Shown piece by piece: positions 22,627 to 33,018 of a DNA stretch of 64,000 nucleotides. Origin of the DNA: Candidatus Eiseniibacteriota bacterium. GTDB lineage: Bacteria > Eisenbacteria > RBG-16-71-46 > SZUA-252. Position 1 is the first letter of the stretch. Each line of letters starts with the position of its first letter. The position numbers were made by a program, and so were the translations under genes. The stretch lies in assembly GCA_043779525.1 (NCBI GenBank), contig JAYWED010000030.1, positions 3,431 through 67,430 of the forward strand, in the 5' to 3' direction. A model generated the notes under the pieces. That model had not been told where the DNA came from, searched no databases, and saw nothing but the letters and a program-made list of their open reading frames with translations.

Positions 22627-23250
22627 ATGGGCTTGGTACCGATGGTGGTCGAGCAGAGCGGGCGAGGGGAGCGGGCCTATGACATCTATTCACGTCTTCT
22701 AAAAGATCGGATCGTCTTCATCGGGCAGCCGATCGACGACTTCGTGGGCAACCTGGTCATCGCTCAGCTCCTCTTTCTCGAGGCGGAGGATCCCGACCGG
22801 GACATCAATCTCTACATCAACTCGCCCGGCGGCATCGTGTCGGCGGGGCTCGCGATCTACGACACGATGCAGTTCATCCGGCCCGACGTCGCGACCATCT
22901 GCATGGGGCAGGCGGCCAGCATGGCCGCGCTCCTCCTCGCGGCTGGCGCGAACGGCAAGCGCTCCGCGCTTCCGCACTCGCGTATCATGATCCATCAGCC
23001 TCTGGGCGGGAGCCAGGGTCAGGCGACCGACATCGAGATCTACACGAAGGAAATCCTGGCGCTGCGCACGGTCTTGAACGACATCCTCGTCAAGCATACC
23101 GGGCAGCCGCTGGCCAAGATCGAGAAGGACACGGATCGGAACTTCTTCATGTCGTCCGAGGAAGCCAAGGCCTATCGGATCGTGGACAAGGTCATCGCCA
23201 AACTCGAACCCAGCAAGGAGAAAAAGCCCGAGCCGGCTCCGGTCGGCTAG
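22627..23250 (+). CDS. clpP: ATP-dependent Clp protease proteolytic subunit
   Basis: [15 protein letters not shown], catalytic GQAASMAA Ser and IMIHQP His. Confidence 0.95.
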   Translation: MGLVPMVVEQSGRGERAYDIYSRLLKDRIVFIGQPIDDFVGNLVIAQLLFLEAEDPDRDINLYINSPGGIVSAGLAIYDTMQFIRPDVATICMGQAASMAALLLAAGANGKRSALPHSRIMIHQPLGGSQGQATDIEIYTKEILALRTVLNDILVKHTGQPLAKIEKDTDRNFFMSSEEAKAYRIVDKVIAKLEPSKEKKPEPAPVG

Positions 23251-23262
23251 GGTTCACCGGGC

Positions 23263-24516
23263 ATGAAGAAACGGGTCAATTCGCCTCACCCCATCCGGTG
23301 CAGCTTCTGCGGCCGTGGCCAGGACGAGGTTTCGCGCCTCGTCTCCGGCCCGTCGGTTTACATCTGCAGCGAGTGCGTCAAGCTCTGCAACGATATTTTG
23401 GAGGGGGAGACGGATCGCGGTGCGGGAGCGCCCAAGGGAGCCCTTCCCAAGCCTGCCGAGATCAAGAAGGTCCTGGACGACTACGTGATCGGCCAAGATC
23501 GCGCCAAGAAGACGATGAGCGTCGCGGTCTACAACCACTACAAGCGGATCTATTCCGGCGGCGCGGTCGAGGACGTCGAGCTCGAGAAGTCGAACATCCT
23601 CCTCATCGGCCCGACCGGTACCGGCAAGACGCTGCTCGCGCGCACGCTCGCGCGGACCCTCAAGGTCCCGTTCGCGATCGTGGACGCGACGTGTCTCACC
23701 GAAGCGGGCTACGTCGGCGAGGACGTCGAGAACATCCTCGTCCGGCTGCTCCAGGCCACAGACTTCAACGTGGTGAACGCCGAGCACGGAATCGTCTACG
23801 TGGACGAGCTGGACAAGATCTCGCGCAAGTCGGAGAACCCTTCGATCACGCGCGATGTCTCCGGCGAGGGCGTGCAGCAGGCGCTCCTCAAGATCCTCGA
23901 GGGCACCATCGCCAACGTCCCGCCCCAGGGCGGACGGAAGCATCCGCAGCAGAAGTACATCGAGGTCAACACGAAGGACATTCTCTTCATCTGCGGCGGC
24001 GCGTTCGAGGGTCTGGAGAAGATCGTGGAGCGCCGCGTGAGCCAGAAGTCCATGGGCTTCGGGGCGGACATCCGGAGCCGCAAGGACCGGAACATCGGGG
24101 AGCTTCTCTCCCTGGTGGAGCCCGAGGATCTGCTGCGGTACGGACTGATTCCGGAGCTGGTCGGGCGCCTTCCGGTCATCGGGGCGCTGGATTCCCTGAA
24201 CAAGCAGTCCCTGATCGAGATCCTGACCAAGCCAAAGAACGCCATCATCAAGCAGTACCAGAAATTCTTCGACATGGAGGGCGTCAAGCTGGAGTTCACC
24301 GAGGACGGGCTGGAAGCCGTCGCCGATCTCGCGCTGAAGCGGGGCACCGGCGCGCGGGGACTGAGGGCCGTGCTCGAGGAGGCCATGATGGATCTCATGT
24401 ACGAGATCCCGTCCCGGCTCGAAGTCGTCGGCTGCACGCTCACCCGCGATGTGATCAACCGCAAAGCCGAACCGATCTTGACCTTCCGCGGCGATCGTCG
24501 CCGCAAAGAGGCATAA
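23263..24516 (+). CDS. clpX: ATP-dependent Clp protease ATP-binding subunit ClpX
   Basis: Zinc ribbon CSFCG...CSEC, Walker A GPTGTGKT and Walker B VYVDELDK. Confidence 0.95.
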   Translation: MKKRVNSPHPIRCSFCGRGQDEVSRLVSGPSVYICSECVKLCNDILEGETDRGAGAPKGALPKPAEIKKVLDDYVIGQDRAKKTMSVAVYNHYKRIYSGGAVEDVELEKSNILLIGPTGTGKTLLARTLARTLKVPFAIVDATCLTEAGYVGEDVENILVRLLQATDFNVVNAEHGIVYVDELDKISRKSENPSITRDVSGEGVQQALLKILEGTIANVPPQGGRKHPQQKYIEVNTKDILFICGGAFEGLEKIVERRVSQKSMGFGADIRSRKDRNIGELLSLVEPEDLLRYGLIPELVGRLPVIGALDSLNKQSLIEILTKPKNAIIKQYQKFFDMEGVKLEFTEDGLEAVADLALKRGTGARGLRAVLEEAMMDLMYEIPSRLEVVGCTLTRDVINRKAEPILTFRGDRRRKEA

Positions 24517-24535
24517 CCGAAACGAGGCAACTGGG

Positions 24536-26944
24536 ATGATTCGACTCGAGCGCGACGGAGAGGTATTCGAGATCCGCGACCGGATCCCGCTGCTCCCGCT
24601 TCGCGATGTCGTTATTTATCCGTACATGACGATTCCGCTTCTCGTCGGCCGCATTCCGTCCGTGAACGCCATCGAGGCCGCGGTGCAGAAAGACCGCGTG
24701 CTCTTCGTCCTCGCGCAGCGGCGCCCCGATGTGCCGGACCCGGTGGCCAAGGACCTCTACCGCGTCGGGACCGTGGTCCGCGTGCTGCAGCTCTTCCGCT
24801 TGCCGGACGGGACGATGCGCGTGCTGGTCGAGGGGATCTGCCGCGCCCGCGCGAAGAAGTTCTTCCGCGGCGCCGACTACATGTCCACGTCGGTCGCGAT
24901 CATCGACGACAAGCTGAAGCAGGATGCCCAGCTCGAAGCGATGACGCGGAACGTGCTGGCGTCCTTCAACGACTACGTGCACCTGAACCGGCGCGTCCCG
25001 GACGAGGTGCTCTCGACCGCCAACAACATCGTGAATCCGGTCCTTCTCTCCTACACGGTGGCGTCGCATCTGATTCTCAAGGTCGCGGTGAAGCAGGCCG
25101 TGCTGGAAGAGGACGACATCACGGAGCGGTTCCGCCAGCTCAGCAAGACGCTGGCGAACGAGCTCGAGATCTTGAAATTGGAGCGGAAAATCGAGGGCCA
25201 GGTCCGGAGCCAGGTCCACAAGAATCAGAAGGAGTTCTATCTCAACGAGCAGCTGAAGGCGATCCGCAAGGAGCTGGGCTACCAGAACGAATTCAGCAAC
25301 GAGATCGACGAGCTGGTTCAGGCGGTCAAGAAGGCGAAGATGCCTCCCGACGTGCACGAGAAGGCCGTGAAGGAGATCGACAAGCTCGGAAAGATGTCGT
25401 TCATGTCGCCGGAAGCGACCGTGGTGCGGAACTATGTCGATTGGCTGCTCTCGCTGCCCTGGAGCGTCAAGACCGACGACAATCCGGATATCTCGAGCGT
25501 GGAGAAGATCCTCGACGAGGATCACTACGGGCTCAAGAAGATCAAGGAACGGATCATCGAGTACCTGGCCGTGCTCAAGCTGTCGGGGAGCCTGAAGGGA
25601 CCGATCCTGTGCTTCGTCGGCCCTCCCGGAGTGGGTAAGACCTCCCTCGGCAAGTCGATCGCGCGCGCGCTCGGACGGAAGTTCGTGCGCATGTCGCTCG
25701 GCGGCGTGCGGGACGAGGCGGAGATCCGCGGGCACCGGCGCACGTACATCGGCTCCATGCCCGGACGAATCGTGCAGGCCATGAAGCGGGCCGGCTCCAT
25801 GAACCCGGTACTCCTCCTGGATGAGATCGACAAGCTGGGGACCGACTTCCGGGGCGACCCGGCTTCGGCGCTCCTCGAGGTGCTGGATCCCGAGCAGAAC
25901 CATACCTTCAACGACCATTACCTCGAGGTGGACTTCGACCTCTCGCAGGTGATGTTCCTGACGACGAGCAATTCGCTCTATTCGATCCCGCCGGCGCTCC
26001 TCGACCGCATGGAGATCATCCGCCTGCCGGGATATCTCGAGTTCGAGAAGGTCGAGATCGCGAAGAGCTTCCTCCTGCCGAAGGAGCTGAAGGCGAACGG
26101 GATCCTGCCCAAGGACCTCCAGATGACCGACGGCGCGATCAAGGCCGTGATCAACGCCTATACGCGCGAGGCCGGGGTCCGGAGCCTCGAGCGCGAGATC
26201 GCCGCGATCTGCCGCAAGGTCGCCCGCAAGAAGGCGACGCTGAAGAAGGCGCGCACGTTCCGGGTCGTGGAGAAGCAGATCTCGAAGTACCTGGGCGTGC
26301 CCAAGTACCTGGATAGCCAGATCGAGCGCCGCTCGCGCCTGGGCGTGGCGACCGGACTCGCGTGGACCGAGGCGGGTGGGGACCTTCTCAACATCGAGGT
26401 CAGCATCCTGGTGGGCACGGGTATCCTCATGCTGACCGGAAAGCTCGGCGAGACGATGCGCGAATCGGGGCAGGCGGCCCTTTCCTACGCGCGCTCGCGG
26501 GCCACCTCGCTCGGTCTCGACAAGAACTTCTACAAGGGGATCGACGTCCACGTGCACCTGCCTGAAGGTGCGATACCCAAAGATGGGCCCTCGGCGGGAA
26601 TCGCCATGGCGACCGCCCTGGTCTCGGCCCTGACCGGCGTTCCCACGCGTGAAGACGTGGCGATGACCGGAGAGATCACCCTCCTGGGGAACGTTCTCCC
26701 CATCGGGGGCCTGAACGAGAAGGTCGTGGCGGCCAAGCGGGCGGGTGTGAAGACCGTGATCATCCCCAAGCTGAACGAGAAGGACCTGCAAGAGCTGCCG
26801 GAGCACGTCCGGAACGCCGTCGAGTTCAAGCTGGTCGAGACCATGGACGAGGTTCTGGAAGTGGCCTTGAAACCGGGCGAGTCCACCACGTATCTTCGCC
26901 GCAATCAGGAAGAGCCGCCGCCGCCGCAACCGTACACGCACTGA
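24536..26944 (+). CDS. lon: Lon protease
   Basis: 802 aa with Walker [10 protein letters not shown] and catalytic [10 protein letters not shown]. Confidence 0.95.
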   Translation: MIRLERDGEVFEIRDRIPLLPLRDVVIYPYMTIPLLVGRIPSVNAIEAAVQKDRVLFVLAQRRPDVPDPVAKDLYRVGTVVRVLQLFRLPDGTMRVLVEGICRARAKKFFRGADYMSTSVAIIDDKLKQDAQLEAMTRNVLASFNDYVHLNRRVPDEVLSTANNIVNPVLLSYTVASHLILKVAVKQAVLEEDDITERFRQLSKTLANELEILKLERKIEGQVRSQVHKNQKEFYLNEQLKAIRKELGYQNEFSNEIDELVQAVKKAKMPPDVHEKAVKEIDKLGKMSFMSPEATVVRNYVDWLLSLPWSVKTDDNPDISSVEKILDEDHYGLKKIKERIIEYLAVLKLSGSLKGPILCFVGPPGVGKTSLGKSIARALGRKFVRMSLGGVRDEAEIRGHRRTYIGSMPGRIVQAMKRAGSMNPVLLLDEIDKLGTDFRGDPASALLEVLDPEQNHTFNDHYLEVDFDLSQVMFLTTSNSLYSIPPALLDRMEIIRLPGYLEFEKVEIAKSFLLPKELKANGILPKDLQMTDGAIKAVINAYTREAGVRSLEREIAAICRKVARKKATLKKARTFRVVEKQISKYLGVPKYLDSQIERRSRLGVATGLAWTEAGGDLLNIEVSILVGTGILMLTGKLGETMRESGQAALSYARSRATSLGLDKNFYKGIDVHVHLPEGAIPKDGPSAGIAMATALVSALTGVPTREDVAMTGEITLLGNVLPIGGLNEKVVAAKRAGVKTVIIPKLNEKDLQELPEHVRNAVEFKLVETMDEVLEVALKPGESTTYLRRNQEEPPPPQPYTH

Positions 26945-26975
26945 TTCAACCCGCGAGCCTCGGTCCAGGAGAGCG

Positions 26976-28127
26976 ATGAAGCGCGTGCTGTTTACCCCGG
27001 GGCCCACCGAGGTCCCCTCCGAAGTGCTTCAGGCGATGGCGAAGCCGCTCATCCATCACCGGACCGACGAATACCGGCAGTACTTCCTCGAGACGACGCG
27101 CCTCATGCAGGAGCACCTGGGAACCCAGGAGCCGGCGCTGACGCTTTCCTGCTCGGGCTCCGGCGCCATGGAAGCCGTGGTGGTGAATCTCCTCTCGGCG
27201 GGAGACGAAGCGATCGTGGTCGAGGGAGGCAAGTTCGGCGACCGGTGGCGGGCCATCTGCCAGGCGTATGGGGTCACGGCGCATACCGTCAGCGTGGAGT
27301 GGGGCCGGGTCGCGACGGTGGAGGAAGCGGAGTCCGCGCTCGCGGCGCACCCCAAGGCCAAGGTCATGTTCCTGACCCACAGCGAGACTTCCACGGGCGC
27401 GCTCTTCCCGGTGCACGACATGGCGCGCGCGGCCAAGGCGCGCGGCGTGGCGACGGTCGTCGACGCGATCACGAGCTACGGCGTCTATGATCTTCATTTC
27501 GACCGCTCGGATCTGGACGCGGTCGTGTGGGGATCCCAGAAGGGGATGATGATCCCGCCGGGGCTCGGCTTCGTGTGTTTAAGCCCGCGCGCATGGGATC
27601 TCGTCAAGGCTTCCAAGCTCCCCAAGTTCTACTGGAATCTCGCCAAGGCCAGAACCGTCCTCGAGGCGGGAGACACGCCCTTCACGCCGGCGATCAGCCT
27701 GGTTCTCGCGGCGCGCGCGGCGATGCTCCTGCTCCAGCAGGAGGGACGGGAGCAGGTGTTCGAGCGCCACCAGCGGAACGCGGACGCCACACGGCAGGCG
27801 GTATCGGCGCTCGGGCTCTCGCTCTTCGCCGAGGTTCCCTCGAACACCCTGACCGCGGTCCACGTTTCCAAGGGTCTGGACTCCGGCGGGGTGCTCCGCA
27901 CCATGGAGACGCGCTACGGCGTGAAGATCGCGGGCGGGCAGGATCGGCTCAAGGGAAAGATCTTCCGACTGGGACACATCGGCGACTACGACGAAGGAGA
28001 CATCCTCCGCCTCGTGGGAGCCTTCGAGTCCGCGCTCATCGACCACGGCGCCCAGGTCCCTCCGGGCGCCGGAGTCAGCGCCGCGCAGCAGTCCTTCCGA
28101 GCCTCCTCCGCGGCGCGTGTCGGCTAA
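26976..28127 (+). CDS. class V aminotransferase (phosphoserine or serine-glyoxylate/pyruvate aminotransferase type)
   Basis: 383 aa. FTPGPTEVP and the SQKGMMIPPGLG PLP-lysine region. Context with SerA and a phosphoserine phosphatase suggests the phosphoserine step. Confidence 0.8.
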   Translation: MKRVLFTPGPTEVPSEVLQAMAKPLIHHRTDEYRQYFLETTRLMQEHLGTQEPALTLSCSGSGAMEAVVVNLLSAGDEAIVVEGGKFGDRWRAICQAYGVTAHTVSVEWGRVATVEEAESALAAHPKAKVMFLTHSETSTGALFPVHDMARAAKARGVATVVDAITSYGVYDLHFDRSDLDAVVWGSQKGMMIPPGLGFVCLSPRAWDLVKASKLPKFYWNLAKARTVLEAGDTPFTPAISLVLAARAAMLLLQQEGREQVFERHQRNADATRQAVSALGLSLFAEVPSNTLTAVHVSKGLDSGGVLRTMETRYGVKIAGGQDRLKGKIFRLGHIGDYDEGDILRLVGAFESALIDHGAQVPPGAGVSAAQQSFRASSAARVG

Positions 28128-29052
28128 GGTCCTAGTCAGCGACCCGCTGTCCGAGCAAGCCATGGCCATCCTTCGCGCGACGCCGGGGATCTCCGTCGAA
28201 GAACGCCGCGGCCTCTCCGAGGCGGAGCTCCTCCCGCTCGTCCAGGATATCGACGCGTGGGTGGTCCGCGGCGCCACGAAGGTGACGCGGCGGCTGATCG
28301 AGGGAGCACCGAAGCTGCGCTGGGTGGCGCGCGCCGGAGCGGGCATCGACAATATCGACGCGGTCGCCGCTCGCGAGCGGGGGATCGGCGTGCTCAACGT
28401 CCCCGGAGCGAACGCGGTCGCGGTGGCCGAGCTCGTGTTCGGGCTCCTGCTCGGTCTCTTCCGCCATATACCCGCCGCGGACGGGGCGCTGAAGCGCGGG
28501 GAGTGGGACAAGTCGCGCTACAAGGGGCGGGAGCTTCGGGGCAAGACGATCGGAATCGTCGGACTCGGGCAGATCGGTCGGGCGGTCGCGCGGCGCGCGC
28601 TCGCCTTCCAGATGAAGTGTGTCGGCTACGATCCGCTTCTTACCGCCGACACGATGCGGGCGCTCGAGGTGGAACCCCTTGCGCTGAAGGAGCTGCTCGC
28701 GCGCTCGGACATCCTCACGCTCCACGTACCGCTCACGCCCCAGACGAAGTCCATGATCGGCGCTCCTGAGATCGCACTGATGCCGCGCGGGGCCGTCCTG
28801 GTCAACGCCGCGCGAGGCGGTCTGGTGGACGAGGCCGCCGTTTCGGAGGCGCTGGAGCAGGGGCGTCTGAGCGGCGCCTGCTTCGACGTGTTCAGCGAGG
28901 AGCCGCCGCGCGGCTCGGCACTCCCGAAAAGAGCCGACGTGGTCGGCACGCCCCACATCGGAGCGGCGACCATGGAGGCCCAGGAGGCCGTGGGGGAGGA
29001 GATCGTGAAGCTCCTCCTCGGGAAACTCCGGGAATCCGGGGCGCTCGCCTAG
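28117..29052 (+). CDS. serA: D-3-phosphoglycerate dehydrogenase, short form without ACT domain
   Basis: GTG start with an 11-nt overlap upstream. GIVGLGQIGRAVA NAD motif, VNAARGGLVDE and TPHIGAAT. Confidence 0.8.
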   Translation: MSAKVLVSDPLSEQAMAILRATPGISVEERRGLSEAELLPLVQDIDAWVVRGATKVTRRLIEGAPKLRWVARAGAGIDNIDAVAARERGIGVLNVPGANAVAVAELVFGLLLGLFRHIPAADGALKRGEWDKSRYKGRELRGKTIGIVGLGQIGRAVARRALAFQMKCVGYDPLLTADTMRALEVEPLALKELLARSDILTLHVPLTPQTKSMIGAPEIALMPRGAVLVNAARGGLVDEAAVSEALEQGRLSGACFDVFSEEPPRGSALPKRADVVGTPHIGAATMEAQEAVGEEIVKLLLGKLRESGALA

Positions 29053-29099
29053 GCGGTCCTAGCCTTCAGATTTCGCCGGGGCGGAGCCAAGAATATCCG

Positions 29100-29310
29100 T
29101 TGACAGACCCGGCGTGCCGGCGCGAGCATTCCCGGATCGCGGAAAGGAGGTGGTCCAGTGCACATTGGTTTATCGGCTGTACTGAACTGCGGAGGTGGCT
29201 GCAGCTAGCGGCACCTAAGAGCGCCCTAGCCTGGTGCCTGCTGGCCAATCCCAACAGTTCACCGGAGGCTTCGAGGGGGGGCGGCAACGCTCCCCCTCCC
29301 TCTTTTTGTT
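29100..29310 (+). ncRNA. candidate orphan transcription unit (sRNA or leader with a 16-codon sORF)
   Basis: TTGACA at 29100-29105. Perfect SD AAGGAGGTG at 29144-29152, then GTG 29158 opening MHIGLSAVLNCGGGCS with stop at 29206-29208. Hairpin GGCACC(29210-15)/GGTGCC(29233-38). Intrinsic terminator at 29273-29310. No known RNA family recognised. Confidence 0.3.
29273..29310 (+). terminator. Rho-independent terminator
   Basis: GAGGGGGGGC (29273-29282) pairs with GCTCCCCCTC (29289-29298) around loop GGCAAC, followed by CCTCTTTTTGTT. Confidence 0.6.
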
Positions 29311-29368
29311 ATGATCCCTCCCTCATGTTCGCCAACCACGTGACTCCCGCTTCCACGATCCCTTCTCC

Positions 29369-29986
29369 ATGATCGCCGCCATCGACCTGGAAGGCGTCCT
29401 GGCACCGGAGATCTGGCCCCACCTGGGGGACCACTTCGGGGTGGACGACCTCCACCTCACGACTCGTGACGTCGGCGACTTCGAGGAGCTGATGGGGCGC
29501 CGAGTGGCGGCCGTGAACCGCGCCGGGCTCACCCTCGCTCGGCTACAGGAGGTCGCGCGTGAGGTGCGGCCCTATCTGGGCGCGCACGAATTCCTGGATC
29601 GGATCCGGCGTCACTGCCAGGTGATGATCATCTCCGACACCTTCCATGAGTTCGCCGAGCCGATCATGGAGCGGCTCGGTGGATACAACCTGTTCGCGAA
29701 TCAGTTCGAGATCGACGAGCGGGGAGTCATCGTGGGATGGAAGCTTCGGATCCGTGGCCAGAAGGCACGCGTCGTCCAGGGAATGAAGAGCGCGGGATTC
29801 AAGGTCATCGGAATGGGAGACAGTCTGAACGACCTCACCCTCCTCGAATCCGCCGACTATCCCATCCTGTTCCGGCCGGTGGCGGCTCTGCGCGAGCGGC
29901 TGCCGGAGGCGCCCGTCGCGGACGGACTGGACGCGGCGCTCGAGCTATTCGTCCGGATCTTTCGCTCCAACGGAGGGCGAGTCTAG
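29369..29986 (+). CDS. thrH: ThrH-like HAD phosphoserine phosphatase
   Basis: 205 aa. AAIDLEGVLAPEIW, ISDTFHEF and GMGDSLNDLTLL closely parallel Pseudomonas ThrH as I recall it. A possible extended -10 TGTTATGAT lies at 29307-29315. Confidence 0.75.
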   Translation: MIAAIDLEGVLAPEIWPHLGDHFGVDDLHLTTRDVGDFEELMGRRVAAVNRAGLTLARLQEVAREVRPYLGAHEFLDRIRRHCQVMIISDTFHEFAEPIMERLGGYNLFANQFEIDERGVIVGWKLRIRGQKARVVQGMKSAGFKVIGMGDSLNDLTLLESADYPILFRPVAALRERLPEAPVADGLDAALELFVRIFRSNGGRV

Positions 29987-30013
29987 AGCCGAGGCGAGCG
30001 CCTCGAGCATCCC

Positions 30014-30043
30014 TTGTCAAGCGCCTGCCCGTTCTGATAATCT
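30014..30043 (+). promoter_or_regulatory. putative purA promoter
   Basis: TTGTCA (30014-30019), 17-18 nt spacer, then TGATAATCT (30035-30043). Confidence 0.4.
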
Positions 30044-30069
30044 CTTCCGCTTGTCCGTAGACGTCTTCG

Positions 30070-30101
30070 CCGCGAGGGCGGATCTCGCGGTCTTTTCGTT
30101 T
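30070..30101 (+). terminator. terminator-like hairpin in the purA leader (or thrH terminator)
   Basis: CCGCGAG (30070-76) / CTCGCGG (30084-90) with a 7-nt loop, then TCTTTTCGTTT, immediately before the purA SD GGAGGGA. Confidence 0.5.
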
Positions 30102-30117
30102 GGAGGGAGATTCTTCC

Positions 30118-31422
30118 ATGTCGTGCCGCGTCGTGGTCGGCGCCCAGTGGGGCGACGAGGGTAAAGGAAAGATCGTGGATCTCCTGAGCGATGAAGCCGA
30201 CGTCGTCGCGCGGTATCAGGGCGGCCCCAACGCCGGCCACACGGTCGTGATCGGGGATCAGACGTTCATCCTCCACCTGATCCCTTCTGGAATCCTGCGC
30301 CCGAACACCGTGTGCTACATCGGAAACGGCGTCGTGGTGGATTGCGACGCGCTGCGCCAGGAGCGGGATACGCTGCGGAAGCAGGGCGTGAACGTGGACG
30401 GGCGGCTCTTCGTGTCGCTCTCGGCCCACATCATCCTGCCGGATCATCGCGCGCTCGAGCAGCTCACCGAGGGCGGCCCCGAGAGCGCCCGGATCGGGAC
30501 GACAGGACGCGGGATCGGCCCGGCATACACCGACAAGGCGGGCCGCGTGGGGCTCCGCGTCGCCGACCTCCTGGATCCCGAGATCCGCGAGGAGCGCGTG
30601 CGGGGTTTGCGCGCGCGCACGCTCCGGCTCCTGGGTCCGAACCCCAACCTCGTTCCCATCGAGGAGGTCCTGGCGCGCTGCGCCAAGGACGACGAGCTGC
30701 TCCGCTCCATGGCGGTCAATGTCTCGCACGCCGTCGACGCCGCGATCCGCGGCGGAAAGCGCGTCCTGCTCGAGGGAGCGCAGGGCACGCATCTGGACCT
30801 GGATCACGGGACCTATCCCTACGTGACGTCCTCGAGTGCGGTCTCGGGCGGCGCGTGCACCGGCGTCGGGATCGGGCCCACCAAGATCACGGACGTGATC
30901 GGCGTCGCGAAGGCCTACGCCACGCGCGTCGGGAATGGACCGTTTCCATCGGAGCTTCAGGGGGAGCTTGCCGAGAAGCTGCGCGAGGAGGGGCACGAGT
31001 ACGGGGCCACCACGGGCCGGCCGCGCCGCTGCGGGTGGTTCGACGTCGTGGCCATCCGTCATGCGGTGCGCGTGAACGGCCTCACGCAGCTCGTCATCAC
31101 CAAGCTCGACGTGCTCGACACGATGCCCGAGATCAAGATCGTCGTGGAATACGAGATCGGCACGCGGCGCGTCGCCGAGATGCCTGAGTCGCTGGCCGAT
31201 CTCGAGGCGGCACGGCCCATCTGCGAGGCCTTCTCGGGATGGAACGCGCCCACCAGCAGCGCGCGCCAGTGGGACGATCTGCCTCGCGAGGCGCGGCGGT
31301 ACCTGGATCGCCTCGAGGAGCTTGCGGGGGTGCCGGTCCGCCTGGTCTCGGTCGGCTCCGGCCGGGAGGAAAACGTGCGCAGGCACGTGAATCCGCGCGA
31401 GAAGCAAACCGTAGCGCGCTGA
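30118..31422 (+). CDS. purA: adenylosuccinate synthetase
   Basis: ATG 30118 lies behind GGAGGGA. GAQWGDEGKGKIVD P-loop, GPNAGHTV and TTGRGIGPAY. Confidence 0.95.
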   Translation: MSCRVVVGAQWGDEGKGKIVDLLSDEADVVARYQGGPNAGHTVVIGDQTFILHLIPSGILRPNTVCYIGNGVVVDCDALRQERDTLRKQGVNVDGRLFVSLSAHIILPDHRALEQLTEGGPESARIGTTGRGIGPAYTDKAGRVGLRVADLLDPEIREERVRGLRARTLRLLGPNPNLVPIEEVLARCAKDDELLRSMAVNVSHAVDAAIRGGKRVLLEGAQGTHLDLDHGTYPYVTSSSAVSGGACTGVGIGPTKITDVIGVAKAYATRVGNGPFPSELQGELAEKLREEGHEYGATTGRPRRCGWFDVVAIRHAVRVNGLTQLVITKLDVLDTMPEIKIVVEYEIGTRRVAEMPESLADLEAARPICEAFSGWNAPTSSARQWDDLPREARRYLDRLEELAGVPVRLVSVGSGREENVRRHVNPREKQTVAR

Positions 31423-31554
31423 GGCGCTGCCGTATCGTATGGCCCCTAGACGAAAATCGGCGCGATTGGGCCCCTTCAAGGTGCGGCTCACGGTGAAGAC
31501 GAAGGAGCGGAAGCAGGCGTAGCCAAGGCAGGACCGCAGTATAGTAACCCCGCG

Positions 31555-32349
31555 ATGGATTCCTCACCCCGGCCCAGCCTTCCAACCGTGATTGCCGTGG
31601 CCGTCGTGGCCTATGCGGCCTGCGACATGATCCACGAGGCGCTCGGACACGGTCTCGCCTGCGCATTGACTCCCGGAGTGCGCGTCCTGTCGATCTCCAC
31701 GGTGGCGCTCCAGACCTCGGCCGAGAGCCGGATGGTCGCGGCCGCGGGCTCGATCGCGAACGTCGTCGCCGGAGCGCTCCTCTTTGCTCTGCTCCGCACA
31801 AGAAAGAAATTCGGGCCCGCCGTCTACTTCCTGTGGCTTCTCGCCACCCTCAGTCTGCTCAACGGCACCGGGTACCTATTCTTCTCGGGCCTCTTTGACG
31901 TCGGAGACTGGTCGGTCGTCATCGCCGGCCTCAAGCCCCACGGGGTCTGGCGCGCGGGGATGGCGGTGCTTGGCATGGTCGCGTACAGGCATTCCATCGC
32001 TCTGTCCGCCTCGTCCCTGACCTCGTTCGTCCGGAGCGGAAGCCCCGCCCGCCGGGATGTGGTCCGCCTCGTGATCCCCTCCTATGTCGCCGGCGGTCTG
32101 CTCCTCGTCGCGGGCGCCGCGCGGAACCGGATCAGCCCGGACCTGATCTGGCTCTCCGGCGTGAGCAGCGGGTTCGGCGCCATGGCGGGCCTTCTGGTCG
32201 TCCCGCGCATCGTGCTGGGGGCCACGCAGGACTCCGCGGTCGTGGCCCCGGCGCTCCGCGCCAGCCTTTTCTGGCTCATCCTCGGGGTCCTGACCCTGGC
32301 CTTCTTCGTCGGGGTTCTGGGTCCCGGGGTGCCGATCCCGCACCGCTGA
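31555..32349 (+). CDS. polytopic membrane protein with HExxH motif (peptidase M50B-like)
   Basis: 264 aa with about 7 hydrophobic helices. HEALGH sits inside the first helix. A TATAGT -10 box ends 9 nt before the ATG. Confidence 0.45.
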   Translation: MDSSPRPSLPTVIAVAVVAYAACDMIHEALGHGLACALTPGVRVLSISTVALQTSAESRMVAAAGSIANVVAGALLFALLRTRKKFGPAVYFLWLLATLSLLNGTGYLFFSGLFDVGDWSVVIAGLKPHGVWRAGMAVLGMVAYRHSIALSASSLTSFVRSGSPARRDVVRLVIPSYVAGGLLLVAGAARNRISPDLIWLSGVSSGFGAMAGLLVVPRIVLGATQDSAVVAPALRASLFWLILGVLTLAFFVGVLGPGVPIPHR

Positions 32350-32415
32350 AGTTTCTGCAACCCCCGGGGCCCCTCGAAGCGTCTCCGGTGTGGGTACCCG
32401 AACCGGAAGGGAACA

Positions 32416-33018
32416 ATGGCTCAAAGCGCAGACCCGGCACGCTGGGACAGGCTGATCCGGCTACTGAAGCCGATCCACGGGCAGGCTGTGGCCACGGCCC
32501 GGAGGCTCAGCCGGTCGGCTCACGACGGCGACGATCTCTATCAGGAAGCCGTGCTGCGCGCGTACGACAAGCTGAACGGCCTGCGCGACGAATCCCGGTT
32601 CCGGTCCTGGTTCTTCGCGACCCTTCTTTCCCGGCATCGCTCCCACGTGAGGCGTCCACGTCGCGAGTCGGTGCCGATCGAGGACGCCCTTGGTCGCCGG
32701 GATGAGCCGGTCGGGGAAGACGGGACCACGTGGGAGGAGGAGCGCCGGCGGGCGGACCGCGCCGCGCAAGCCCTCTCGGGGCTAAAGCCGGTCCAGCGCG
32801 AGGCGGTCGTGCTGCACGAGATCGAAGGATTCTCCGTGGATGAAATCGCGGAAATGCAGGGTGTCACCACCTCGGCCGTGAAGTCGCGCCTGACCCGCGG
32901 CCGGGAGAAACTGCGGCGCTTCTATCTTCGATGCGCGCTGGAGAGCGAAGCGCCGCGACTCGAGACGCTGACGGCCGGGACCATGGCCTGGCCGGCAAAG
33001 GAGAGATCCCATGAATGA
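32416..33018 (+). CDS. ECF-type RNA polymerase sigma factor
   Basis: Region 2 (DLYQEAVLRAYDKL, FRSWFFATL) and region 4 (QREAVVLHEIEGFSVDEIAEMQGVTTSAVKSRLTRGR). Confidence 0.85.
   Translation: MAQSADPARWDRLIRLLKPIHGQAVATARRLSRSAHDGDDLYQEAVLRAYDKLNGLRDESRFRSWFFATLLSRHRSHVRRPRRESVPIEDALGRRDEPVGEDGTTWEEERRRADRAAQALSGLKPVQREAVVLHEIEGFSVDEIAEMQGVTTSAVKSRLTRGREKLRRFYLRCALESEAPRLETLTAGTMAWPAKERSHE

Noticed and set aside
29158-29208. The 16-codon Cys/Gly-rich sORF as a RiPP precursor
   Set aside because: There are no maturation enzymes, transporters or immunity genes nearby. The codon usage is atypical (att, tta, gta), and a leader or sRNA role fits better.
29200-29245. Resemblance of GGCACCUAAGAGCGCC... 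to the RNase P RNA GGUAAGAGCGCACC element
   Set aside because: The universally conserved GAGGAAAGUCCGGGC core is absent, and the spacer (~316 nt including a terminator) is too short for RNase P RNA. SRP RNA (no GGAAGCAGC), tmRNA, T-box and glycine-riboswitch signatures were also not found.
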